A DNA stretch of 64,000 nucleotides from Rhynchopus sp. YZ270_cl-10 (lineage: Eukaryota): NCBI GenBank assembly GCA_964035575.1, contig OZ037847.1, forward strand, positions 1,178,001-1,242,000. The letters run 5' to 3'. How positions within the stretch are numbered: position 1 is the first letter of the stretch; each line of letters starts with the position of its first letter. The notes under the pieces are model-generated. The model ran no database searches. It saw nothing but the letters and a program-made list of their open reading frames with translations, and was not told where the DNA came from. Positions 35,928 through 45,539 of the stretch are shown piece by piece. The translations under genes and the position numbers were made by a program.

Positions 35928-36040
35928 ACATGGTAGTCAGGCCGACTTAACACACCCAAATTTTGACTTTTTTTTTTTGACTTCTGAAAGTCAAGAAAAT
36001 TCAGGATTTTCGAAAGTCAGAGTCGGCCAGACTACTATGT
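35928..36040. mobile_element. Small degenerate MITE
   Basis: 20-bp imperfect TIR ACAT(G/A)GTAGTC(A/T)GGCCGACT; no clear TSD. Confidence 0.55.
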
Positions 36041-37250
36041 GTTTTTTTTTCATTATTTTGCCCCAAAAACGAACCACGTATTGCTATGCGTACACCTGCT
36101 GTCAAAGCCTGGGTCCTGCTGTTTTTTTTTGTTTATGCTGAAAGCCTTGTTGTATTGGTATAGACACCATTCCACTCCACTCCAGAGTCACTCCATGCAA
36201 TTGTCACTGTAGTCGGGTGGTGTCGGCGTTATTTAGATGAGTGTGAGGGGTGCATTTTTGTCAAGTTTATCTTTCCCCCTTTTTTCTGATGCTGTGCGAT
36301 ATCTATTCGTGATCAGGGTGACTCAGTGAGATGGGTTATCTTAGATTTTTCGTTTTGCTTTTTTTTTTTCTTTGGCATAAAGGGCAAATCCACCGTCTCG
36401 CAAGAGCGGGGTTGCCCGAAGGCTCCTTCGCATTATTTCCTAAAGAGAGACGAAAACGATATGCCACATAGCAACTTTTTGAGATGGCACGTTCCGTGAG
36501 GTACGTTTGCATCTTTCGGGGCTATTTTTTGTAGTATTTTTTTTTTTTTTTTTTTTTTTTTGTGTTATCAAGCATTGACGAATAGAAATGGAAAACGACG
36601 GATGGTGCGTGCCCGCTTTAGCGTATTGTTTTTCCACTAACATCACTCACATTCATCAGTGAAAAACGCAACCCTTTTGCGGTGCGATAAACGAAAAAGT
36701 GTTTTCTTTATTTCATTTAACTGTCATATCCTGAAGTCGTTTTCTATTTTTTTGTGCCATCTTCTCTCGCCACCCTACCTAGTCAACGTTGCACGGAGAG
36801 CCTGTGTCTCCAGCGTTTTACAGTATTTTTCTTTTTTCGAAAGAAGAACATAGAAAACACCTCAATTGATACGCCCTCACCGACGGGTACCCTGATGAGC
36901 GAAAACTCTGAAATTGGCATTTTTTTTTTTTGTCAAACCTAATCACCCATGCTAATTGGTGATGTTTGGTTGTCAAAAAAAGGCTGATATTTATTTGCCA
37001 CCGTATCTTAACAACAAGAAGGCACAAAACAGCTTCAGCGGAATCCACACACACACACACTCTCTCTCTGCCTCCTACTCACATTCCCCGTGGATATCAA
37101 TGAATTGCCCAGCGGATGGAATAACCTAGAGAGGGATTGAAGGGAGATATTTTACACCCACCCGCCTTTTTTTTGCAAGGTGGTTAAGGGCAACATTAGA
37201 TGAAAAGAGGCACATTCATTTTCTCTCTTTTTTCAGTTCCCTCTTCTCTT

Positions 37251-37441
37251 CATACTTTGTAGTCCGCTTGAGTCCACCAAAAAAATTCCACCAAGACCCG
37301 AGTTGAGGCGGACTTGAGGCGGAGTTTTGACTGAGTCCAGCCAGACTCGGCCTGAGTCTGCCAAAAGTCCGTCTCAAGTCCGCCCGAGTATTGGCGGAGT
37401 TGAGGCGGACTATGGTGGACGCAGGCGGACTACGAAGTATG
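37251..37441. mobile_element. 191-bp MITE with 6-bp TSD
   Basis: 29-bp TIR CATACTT(T/C)GTAGTCCGC... with 3 mismatches. TCTCTT on both flanks. Confidence 0.88.
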
Positions 37442-38200
37442 TCTCTTTATATGATTTTGTTTTATGTTTTTCTTTCAAGTTTCGGGTACATTTAGTGCAC
37501 CCTATTATACCTTCTATTCAGTAGAATAGTTAGTATACGAAACAATGTTTTTTTTTTTTCTCCACACACCCCTCCGATAGTACACTACTACCCCAAAAAA
37601 AGCCCCCTTTCGTTATTCATCTGTTTTTGGGGAGGGACCCCGAGGTTCTTTTCTCAGCATTGCCTCCCTTCCAATCGATAGAGTTTTTTTTTTCTTTTTA
37701 GGTACACTGTTCAGAGGGATTTGCATTTCAACTCAATTTTTTTTTGTTATCCTTGCGCTGAATGCAACGAACGGAGCCGGGGTTGCGAAACTTTTTTTGG
37801 TTCTGCCCTGCTATTGTAATGGGCAAGGTGACATACCATCGCCTAAACATACTGTGGACACGATCCTTTGGTCTCGCTTCTCTTCAAGGGATGAAGTCGG
37901 AGGTGACAGAAAAAATTACCACAGGGACATATTGCCAATCCCCTTAACCCAACAAAAGACTACAAAATAAAAACAATCTAGACAAAGCCGCCCCCATCCC
38001 CGTCCAGGCAAAATAAAAAAGTAAAAGAATGCCCTTCCTCAGTCCGGAAATATCACCTCAACCGGTTACCTGCCGTAAAAAAAAAAAAAAAGATTTGTCA
38101 CAAAATCTATCCAAAGAAAGAAAAATCAATTTGAAATTTGTAGTTGATCCCCTCTAAAATTTTTCCGTGACTTCCGCAAAAAGTCAAAAAAAACGAAAAC

Positions 38201-38375
38201 CTGGGGGGGGGGGTCCACTATTCAGCGGAAAAAAATTTTTTTCCCCAGAATTTCTCAGGGGGGGTCCACTATTCAAAGGAAAAAAAATTTAAAAAAACCC
38301 AGAATTCCCAGGGGGGGTCTACTATTCAAGGGGGGTCTACTATTCAGGGGGGGTCCACTATTCGGCCCCCCCCAG
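38201..38375. repeat. Five GGGGGTC(C/T)ACTATTC units; probably one end of a TA-targeting transposon
   Basis: Spaced direct repeats ending in CCCCCCCCAG|TA; no clear partner end. Confidence 0.6.
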
Positions 38376-38836
38376 TAAAAATTTGTAGAATACATTTATT
38401 TAGGGTGGCTAAGTGTTAGCTACTTTCATCTGGCGATTACTTCCTCCCTATGGGGTATGGGGTGTGTGAATCTGCACTGGGGACTGGGGGGAAACAGAGA
38501 ACCAAATGGTACGAAAATTTTGTTTTGAGTTTGAGGGGGATTTCTTGAGATATGTACACGAGGGGCATATTCTTTCAAAAAAAAATTTTTCTTTTTCTTC
38601 GGGGCCATCCCTCCGTTTATAAAAAAAACAACCCCCTTCCCCCGTCTTGGCTCTGATCATTTCCATGAATTATCCAACAAAGAAATCGATGGACAGTGCA
38701 GTTTTTTTCAAAACCGATGGGGGGCTATTTTTTTTTTTTTGCAAGGTGGCTAAGGTTACCATTTTATTATTCCCCCCTCTTTTGGGAAGATGCAACCTCT
38801 TCCCATGCATTTCCAAAAAAAAAAAAAAAAAAAAAA

Positions 38837-39272
38837 CAAGTAATTGCTATCGGAAAAAAAACGGGGTGTGATGTGGAACTCCATCCTGTAGAAATAATCT
38901 ACAGCACGTCCAGCATTCTGCTCTTCTGCAGGTATGTTAACGCTCTTCGTACGCTGCCAGATCCACTGGGACGCCAGCATCTGAAACGTTCAAGAAGGGG
39001 CGCTGTCCTCTCCGTCCAGCACCATCTGCTCGATAGCGTTGTTGGACGTCGGCTCGGTAGGCTCGGCGTGTTCCAGCTCGTTTTTGTCCACAGGCTCCCC
39101 ACATTGTCGTCGTCGTTGGAGTGCGGAAGAAGCACAGAATGCACAGACTACAACACATCGATCACACCAGGCACATCAGCACCTCCAGCAAATCGCCAGG
39201 ATGCTACGGTGGTTTCGAAAATCGCGCGGGGTTTTCCACAGCACACCCCGTTTTTTTCTTAGCAATTACTTG
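38837..39272. mobile_element. TIR element enclosing a GC-rich coding-like fragment
   Basis: ~45-bp imperfect inverted repeats CAAGTAATTGCTA..GAAAAAAACGGGGTGTG(A/C)TGTGGAA; TSD not evident. Confidence 0.65.
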
Positions 39273-39377
39273 TCCTTGTTGTTATTGTTGTTTTCAACCA
39301 CCTTCCTTCAACCCTTGTGGGATCAGTCGTTATTTTTTCGCGAAAACATGAAATTACACATTTCAAGAGAACAAATT

Positions 39378-40430
39378 AAAAAGGGTCCTTATTTGCATTT
39401 TTGGGCTCCGCCCGTGCAGTGGTGGGGTCAATCTCGAAAATTGGACAATTTTTTGACCACTTAAATTTTGAGAAATATGAGCCCGGTTGCTTATACGTGG
39501 GGCCCATTTTCGGCTAAAATTTTCCTCAAAATCTGGTTTTGTAAAATTGACCCTTTACTCCCCCCCCACATCGATTTCAATACTATACCTTACTTCACCT
39601 ACGGTTGCCCTTACAGGGGGGGGTGAAGGAAGGTAAGCTGAAAAAGGGTCCTTATTTGCATTTTTGGGCTCCGCCCGTGCAGTGGTGGGGTCAATCTCGA
39701 AAATTGGACAATTTTTTGACCACTTAAATTTTGAGAAATATGAGCCCGGTTGCTTATACGTGGGGCCCATTTTCGGCTAAAATTTTCCTCAAAATCTGGT
39801 TTTGTAAAATTGACCCTTTACTCCCCCCCCACATCGATTTCAATACTATACCTTACTTCACCTACGGTTGCCCTTACAGGGGGGGGTGAAGGAAGGTAAG
39901 CTGAAAAAGGGTCCTTATTTGCATTTTTGGGCTCCGCCCGTGCAGTGGTGGGGTCAATCTCGAAAATTGGACAATTTTTTGACCACTTAAATTTTGAGAA
40001 ATATGAGCCCGGTTGCTTATACGTGGGGCCCATTTTCGGCTAAAATTTTCCTCAAAATCTGGTTTTGTAAAATTGACCCTTTACTCCCCCCCCACATCGA
40101 TTTCAATACTATACCTTACTTCACCTACGGTTGCCCTTACAGGGGGGGGTGAAGGAAGGTAAGCTGAAAAAGGGTCCTTATTTGCATTTTTGGGCTCCGC
40201 CCGTGCAGTGGTGGGGTCAATCTCGAAAATTGGACAATTTTTTGACCACTTAAATTTTGAGAAATATGAGCCCGGTTGCTTATACGTGGGGCCCATTTTC
40301 GGCTAAAATTTTCCTCAAAATCTGGTTTTGTAAAATTGACCCTTTACTCCCCCCCCACATCGATTTCAATACTATACCTTACTTCACCTACGGTTGCCCT
40401 TACAGGGGGGGGTGAAGGAAGGTAAGCTGA
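39378..40430. repeat. Four apparently identical 263-bp tandem repeats (Helentron/HINE-like end structure)
   Basis: Units start at about 39378, 39641, 39904 and 40167. The same 71-aa ORF recurs at 263-bp spacing. Each unit has the stem CCTTACTTCACC/GGTGAAGGAAGG next to an A-run. Confidence 0.95.
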
Positions 40431-40495
40431 AAAAAAAAAAAACTACAGGGGGGAAGAATGAGAAGAGATAAACCAAGAAGAACAAGGATATACCC

Positions 40496-40611
40496 TAGTG
40501 GTGGCTGTGTTGTGATAACTGCCCATAATACATAATACACATCGCAATACAGCTGTATTGTAATGTATTATGTATTGTGATGGGCAGTTATCACAAATAC
40601 AGCCATCACTA
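40496..40611. mobile_element. 116-bp foldback hAT-type MITE
   Basis: Near-complete palindrome centred on CAGCTG, TAG...CTA ends, 8-bp TSD ATATACCC/ATATACTC. Confidence 0.82.
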
Positions 40612-40783
40612 ATATACTCCCTCTGCGACCCCTCACCCTTTCCCTTTCATACCAAATGGTGAGGGATCTTCGTGCGAAGAGCAAAAAAAAAAAAAAAAGC
40701 AAAGTAGCTCCCCCCCATCACCACAGTTTTCCCCCCTTCAACCTTGACTTACTCAAAATAACTCCCTCTACGCCCACCCACCC

Positions 40784-40984
40784 CAGTGTTGGCAGGTTTA
40801 ATACAAGGGTGTTTAAAACAGGTGTACTAAACTGTACTAAACTGTACTAAACTGTACTAAACTGTACTAAACTGTACTAAACTGTACTAAACTGTACTAA
40901 ACTGTACTAAACTGTACTAAACTTGTATTAAACTTGTATTAAACCTGTACTAAACTTTTGGGGCGCTGTACTAAACCAACACTG
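40784..40984. mobile_element. 201-bp hAT-type MITE with internal (ACTGTACTAA)n
   Basis: TIR CAGTGTTGG/CCAACACTG; ACCCACCC on both flanks (low-complexity site). Confidence 0.75.
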
Positions 40985-41018
40985 ACCCACCCACCCACCC
41001 ACCCACACTAAGGTTACA

Positions 41019-44000
41019 ATGAGCGATTACTACACCACATTTGACTATCACCGGCCGTTGTCCCTTGTGGTTGCTGATGGTGCGGCTTTGGTTACCCCTG
41101 GTGGGGTTAAGTCAATAGATATGGAGAGCCTAGCGAAGTATCTGCAAGAGGATGAGAGCGGGCCAAGGGTCAGTCTGCAGACTGTGGAAGGTGAGGCTAC
41201 GAGCCTTGGGTGCCATTGGGTGGATAGTGCAGAAAAGGAGGGGTTTCTGCGAGAGATTGGTGTGTACAAATACTTTAACGTCATTCTCTACAAAAACGCG
41301 GGCAGCGGCGGGCAGACTGCCGAGGTGGACGCATGCATACAGTCTCTCATCCGCAGAAGCGTCCGCAGAAGCAACACCCCTGAACACGAATTCACCGACC
41401 ACGTAACCATCCTCCTCCTTGCCGGCGACGGCGACCACGCAAAATCATTGGAAAGCGCTATCGAAGGTCACTCCATTTCCCGAACAGTGCATGTCTGGGT
41501 TGCAGGGTGGATGGCTGATATGTCTGAAAAGCTGAAGGGTCTGACCAAAAAGCCGGAACGGCCTCCGAATGTCATTGATTTGGCACGGTTTAAACATAAT
41601 GGATACGCGTCTTCCGATGCAAGCATCACGATATCCCACAACACTCCGAGCCTGAAACAGGTTGTGGCGACTGCGTTTCCTGTGTACGAAGAGTCCTGCA
41701 ACGTCCTGTCGCGGCGTGAGCTGCTCAGGAACGCAGGCCTGCAGGGTCTTCTTACAGCCTCGTGGGAGACGCTGTGTGCACCGACACCACGACATGCAGC
41801 AAAGGTGTTCATCGTGACAGGGGACACTGGGTGTGGGAAGACGACACAAATCCCGCAGCTCCTCTACGACCAGATGCTCTACGCATACGCACGCCGCGAT
41901 ATCGGGAGGACACCACGCATTCTATGTGTCCAGCCACGCCGCCTTGCAACAAAAGAAATATATGCCCGCGTCGTAGACGAACGCAAGCAGAAGCGCGGGC
42001 ATCTCCCATGGTACGGAGAAACCGTCGGTGACATAGGCTACATGATCGGCGGTGATGTGCGCTGCACAAAGTCGACGCCAATTGTGTTCTGCACAGACGG
42101 GATGCTGCGGAAGCAACTCACCTCCGCCTCTGAAGGCGACTGGGATGTTCTCATCATCGACGAAGCGCACGAACGGTCCACAGGGTACGACCTCCTCCTC
42201 TCGCTGGTCCTCACCCCATCCATGCTGACGGGCCGCAGGATCGTCCTCCTCATGTCCGCCACCATGGACAAGATGCAGCAGCAGCTCCGACGCTACGCCA
42301 TAGACTGCCTCGCCTCCTACCAAGGCGAGGCATGGTACCAGCAGCCTGCCGACCTCGTGCAGGCCTACTGTGTCACCGAACCCTACAACGACGCTGCAGC
42401 GGTATCAGTCCCCTTCCGTGATTACCCCCAGGCGCCTGCCAACAAGTTTGCATGTCCTATATTCTACCTGGACGATATTCTCCCGGGTCCCCATCCCGCG
42501 TGTAAAGCGGATGCAGGTGACCAAGATCTGTTTTGGGAAACTCGAAGCAACTTTGTTGTGGACTTTCTGGCAAGCACAATGCAAAAAGGACACGACGACG
42601 ATGTTGTGACTGTGATACTTGTCTTCGCCCCTGCCTTAAAAATTATGAAGGACCTGAAGGCAGGGGTCGTGGACCTGTACAAGGAAGGGAAGTACGACGT
42701 GCCACAGATCTGCCACCTCCACGCAGGGCTCAGGGACGACGACGCGATCACAAGCACGAAGTCGCGCATCATCTTTGCGACGGACACTGCGGAAAGCAGC
42801 ATTACCATTGACGATGCGACGGTGGTGGTGGACCTGTGCCTGCAGAAGGAGTCGTACGACGATAACCACCTCCGCTTCATCAGAACGGCGAAGGCTGCGA
42901 TGACGCAACGCAAAGGGCGTGTGGGACGTGTCTGCCACGGGGAGTGCTACCGGATGATAACACACCGTGAGTATGCCAAAGCCCCTGAGCTGCGCACGCC
43001 TGAGATGGAGCGGGTGAGCCTCGACAGTGCGGTGCTAGACGCATACAGCCTGCTGCACACACGCAACTTGGACCCACTGCTCGTGCTGCAGCGCTGCATC
43101 TCCCCGCCAGATGAACAGAAGCTCCAGCTCGCGAAACGCCGTCTCCAGGATGTCGGCGCAATTCGGGACGGCAGGATGACAGCCTTCGGGTCTCTCCTGC
43201 AGTCACTCCCGCTTGACCTGGAGTTGTCCAGGTTTGTGGTATGGGCGTCTCTGGTGGACCACGACATTGGTAGGTTTGCGGTCGAGGTGGCGGTGATGTC
43301 CCACGCAGACATTTTCTGCCAAGCATCAGACCGTGATGGTGCGCTGTTCGGGACACTCCAGATGGCGTCGCTCCAGCAGTGCCATGCGCGTGGGTTCCCC
43401 TCGGACATCCCTGTGTTGATTGGGTTGCTGCACGAGTACCGGAAGGTAGAGAAGAAACAGAGGGTACGGTGGTGCAGTCAAAACTTCATGCGCCCCCAGG
43501 CAATGGGGCATGTCGAGTCGCTGATTGTGCGCACCAGAATCGAGTTGCACCGCACGCGTCCCTTCTGCCCCTCCTTGCCTGATGCTGACCCAGGGGTCGT
43601 ACGTCTCCGTGAAGAAGACTTGACGCAGGCCATTGTGAAGGAGAGCAGACGACCCACAGACGAAGAGATCGTAGGTCTCCTCCTCATCCATGCCATGGCG
43701 TTTGCAGACTCCACGCGCCCGATGAAGTGTAAGGCGGATAAATCACGCTACCCTAAAAAAAAGTTTTGTTTTAAGAACTGCAAGCACAAGCTTCGCGACC
43801 TGAATGCATTCAGCCACTACATCACAAAGCCAGCTATTGCCAAAAAGCTGCAGGAGTATCCCATACGCTTTCTTCCTGTGCTCGAAGACCATTTCGAGCT
43901 CGAAGCTGACATTGACACCAAGTCAAAACTAGACAAGTCCATGTTCGGGATGCCAGAGGGGCTGTGGTACTTCAGCAAGTTGGTAGAGCTCAGCAACATC

Positions 44001-44660
44001 AACGTGCTTACCGGTGCGCGCCGTACCCGCTCCTTTGCGCCCCCTCCAGAGGGCCTTAACTTCTTAGAAGTCGACACCGGCAAGGATGCCGTGCATGCCA
44101 TCCTTGCCTCAAGCGTGCTGAACCCCATTGCTGCCGGAATGGATGGCAACACCCCTGGGTGTGTTGTTTCTGTCAGCCAAAAGCAGCACGAAAACCAGAA
44201 GGGAACCCGTAGTCTGGAGCTGCGACACTGCAACACGTATTTCAGCTTTACACACAACAAGCGTATGGAACACCTGCTGTGTGCGATTGTTCGAGAGTTT
44301 GGACAGGTGAACGGGTGTTCGGCAACGGGAAGCCACCCACAACGTGAAGGCTCGGTGTCACCAGCTGATGATGTGCGACTGCAAGGCGTGCACGCTAAAC
44401 TGAGAGACACGTTGACTCTGTTGGAATCGTTTCCTATGGGGGAAGGGTACGAGGGGTTGGTCGGCCAGGCGCAGTACGCCGATGAGAAGTACCACAGTGC
44501 AAAGGGGGAGTTGCTTTTGTTTGTGGCAAGCGTGTTGCAGACGGATGTTGCGCATCTCGTGGGCAGTTTCAAGGTTGTCCACTCTCGCTCGCCCGCAACA
44601 AAAATGCCGTTCGGCATAGATATAGATCTGATGCAAGCGCTGCAAAACTTGTTTCCATAA
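41019..44660 (+). CDS. DEAH/RHA RNA helicase with an N-terminal NYN (PIN-like) nuclease-type domain (1213 aa)
   Basis: Helicase motifs GDTGCGKTT, QPRRLA, TDGML, DEAH, MSAT, LVFAP, ATDTAESSITI, QRKGRVGR, and HA2-like MTAFGSLLQSLPLD. N-terminus VVADG...EVD...LLLAGDGD...VWVAGW. Confidence 0.9.
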   Translation: MSDYYTTFDYHRPLSLVVADGAALVTPGGVKSIDMESLAKYLQEDESGPRVSLQTVEGEATSLGCHWVDSAEKEGFLREIGVYKYFNVILYKNAGSGGQTAEVDACIQSLIRRSVRRSNTPEHEFTDHVTILLLAGDGDHAKSLESAIEGHSISRTVHVWVAGWMADMSEKLKGLTKKPERPPNVIDLARFKHNGYASSDASITISHNTPSLKQVVATAFPVYEESCNVLSRRELLRNAGLQGLLTASWETLCAPTPRHAAKVFIVTGDTGCGKTTQIPQLLYDQMLYAYARRDIGRTPRILCVQPRRLATKEIYARVVDERKQKRGHLPWYGETVGDIGYMIGGDVRCTKSTPIVFCTDGMLRKQLTSASEGDWDVLIIDEAHERSTGYDLLLSLVLTPSMLTGRRIVLLMSATMDKMQQQLRRYAIDCLASYQGEAWYQQPADLVQAYCVTEPYNDAAAVSVPFRDYPQAPANKFACPIFYLDDILPGPHPACKADAGDQDLFWETRSNFVVDFLASTMQKGHDDDVVTVILVFAPALKIMKDLKAGVVDLYKEGKYDVPQICHLHAGLRDDDAITSTKSRIIFATDTAESSITIDDATVVVDLCLQKESYDDNHLRFIRTAKAAMTQRKGRVGRVCHGECYRMITHREYAKAPELRTPEMERVSLDSAVLDAYSLLHTRNLDPLLVLQRCISPPDEQKLQLAKRRLQDVGAIRDGRMTAFGSLLQSLPLDLELSRFVVWASLVDHDIGRFAVEVAVMSHADIFCQASDRDGALFGTLQMASLQQCHARGFPSDIPVLIGLLHEYRKVEKKQRVRWCSQNFMRPQAMGHVESLIVRTRIELHRTRPFCPSLPDADPGVVRLREEDLTQAIVKESRRPTDEEIVGLLLIHAMAFADSTRPMKCKADKSRYPKKKFCFKNCKHKLRDLNAFSHYITKPAIAKKLQEYPIRFLPVLEDHFELEADIDTKSKLDKSMFGMPEGLWYFSKLVELSNINVLTGARRTRSFAPPPEGLNFLEVDTGKDAVHAILASSVLNPIAAGMDGNTPGCVVSVSQKQHENQKGTRSLELRHCNTYFSFTHNKRMEHLLCAIVREFGQVNGCSATGSHPQREGSVSPADDVRLQGVHAKLRDTLTLLESFPMGEGYEGLVGQAQYADEKYHSAKGELLLFVASVLQTDVAHLVGSFKVVHSRSPATKMPFGIDIDLMQALQNLFP

Positions 44661-45539
44661 AACTTTAATCTGCGCAGACAGGTCCACACCACATTCAACA
44701 CAAAGCATTGTAAAAAAAAAATGGGAAAACAGCGGCACGGCAAACGAAAAGCAGTGTCAGATCTTGGTCTCTTTGGAGTAGCTGGGACTTTCGTACCCCC
44801 CATTTTTTTTTTCTTTTTTAAAACTATGGCAACGTGTATCCCCGCGTACGATTAATCCACGTGACCCGCCCTCCCCTGTTCACATTTCGTGGAAGCCGCT
44901 TTTTTTATTTGTGTGGATGCTTCAACGCAACACGATACTTATCAACACGAAGAGACACAAGTAACTTTTATGTTGTAGCGGACAGTATTCCGAGTTGTGA
45001 ATATTGTTGCCCGCAGGTTGGCAAGCTACGATACGTGAAGCACATTCACTTTTGTGTTGCACTTAGCAATGATACAAATTGGGTATCTACCCATATTCTC
45101 AGCCAGTTCATCTGGTTTTTATTTTATTTTATTTTCAAAATATCGCGTGCAGGCTTCGCACTTTGAGCACTAAATTGTTCAAACAAAATAGAAAAATTAC
45201 AAAAAAAAACGGGATCAACTCCTTTTGGGAAATGATACCCACCCACAAAACAAACACAAAAACTATTTAAAAAAAAAAAAAAACAAACAAACAAACAAAC
45301 AAGATCAAAACACCCTGCAAAAAAAGGCAAAACAAGAGCACAAAGCAACCATAACAAAAACTTCATATATAAAACCCGTCACCGACATACGCGTCTATAC
45401 CAACATAACGCTTTTCTCTATCTCTCTATCCAACTCTTTCAAATAAAAAGACCCCCTTTTTTCTCTCCCAACCCATCTCCCCCCCCTTCTCTCCCTCTCC
45501 CCTATTCGACCTACCCCATTTAGGAGAGGTGGAAAAAAA

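Noticed and set aside
39555..40296. Three identical 71-aa minus-strand ORFs
   Set aside because: By-product of the 263-bp repeat; no protein motif.
39378..40430. CRISPR- or guide-array-like locus next to a nuclease-helicase
   Set aside because: The units appear identical over their whole length, with no variable spacers.
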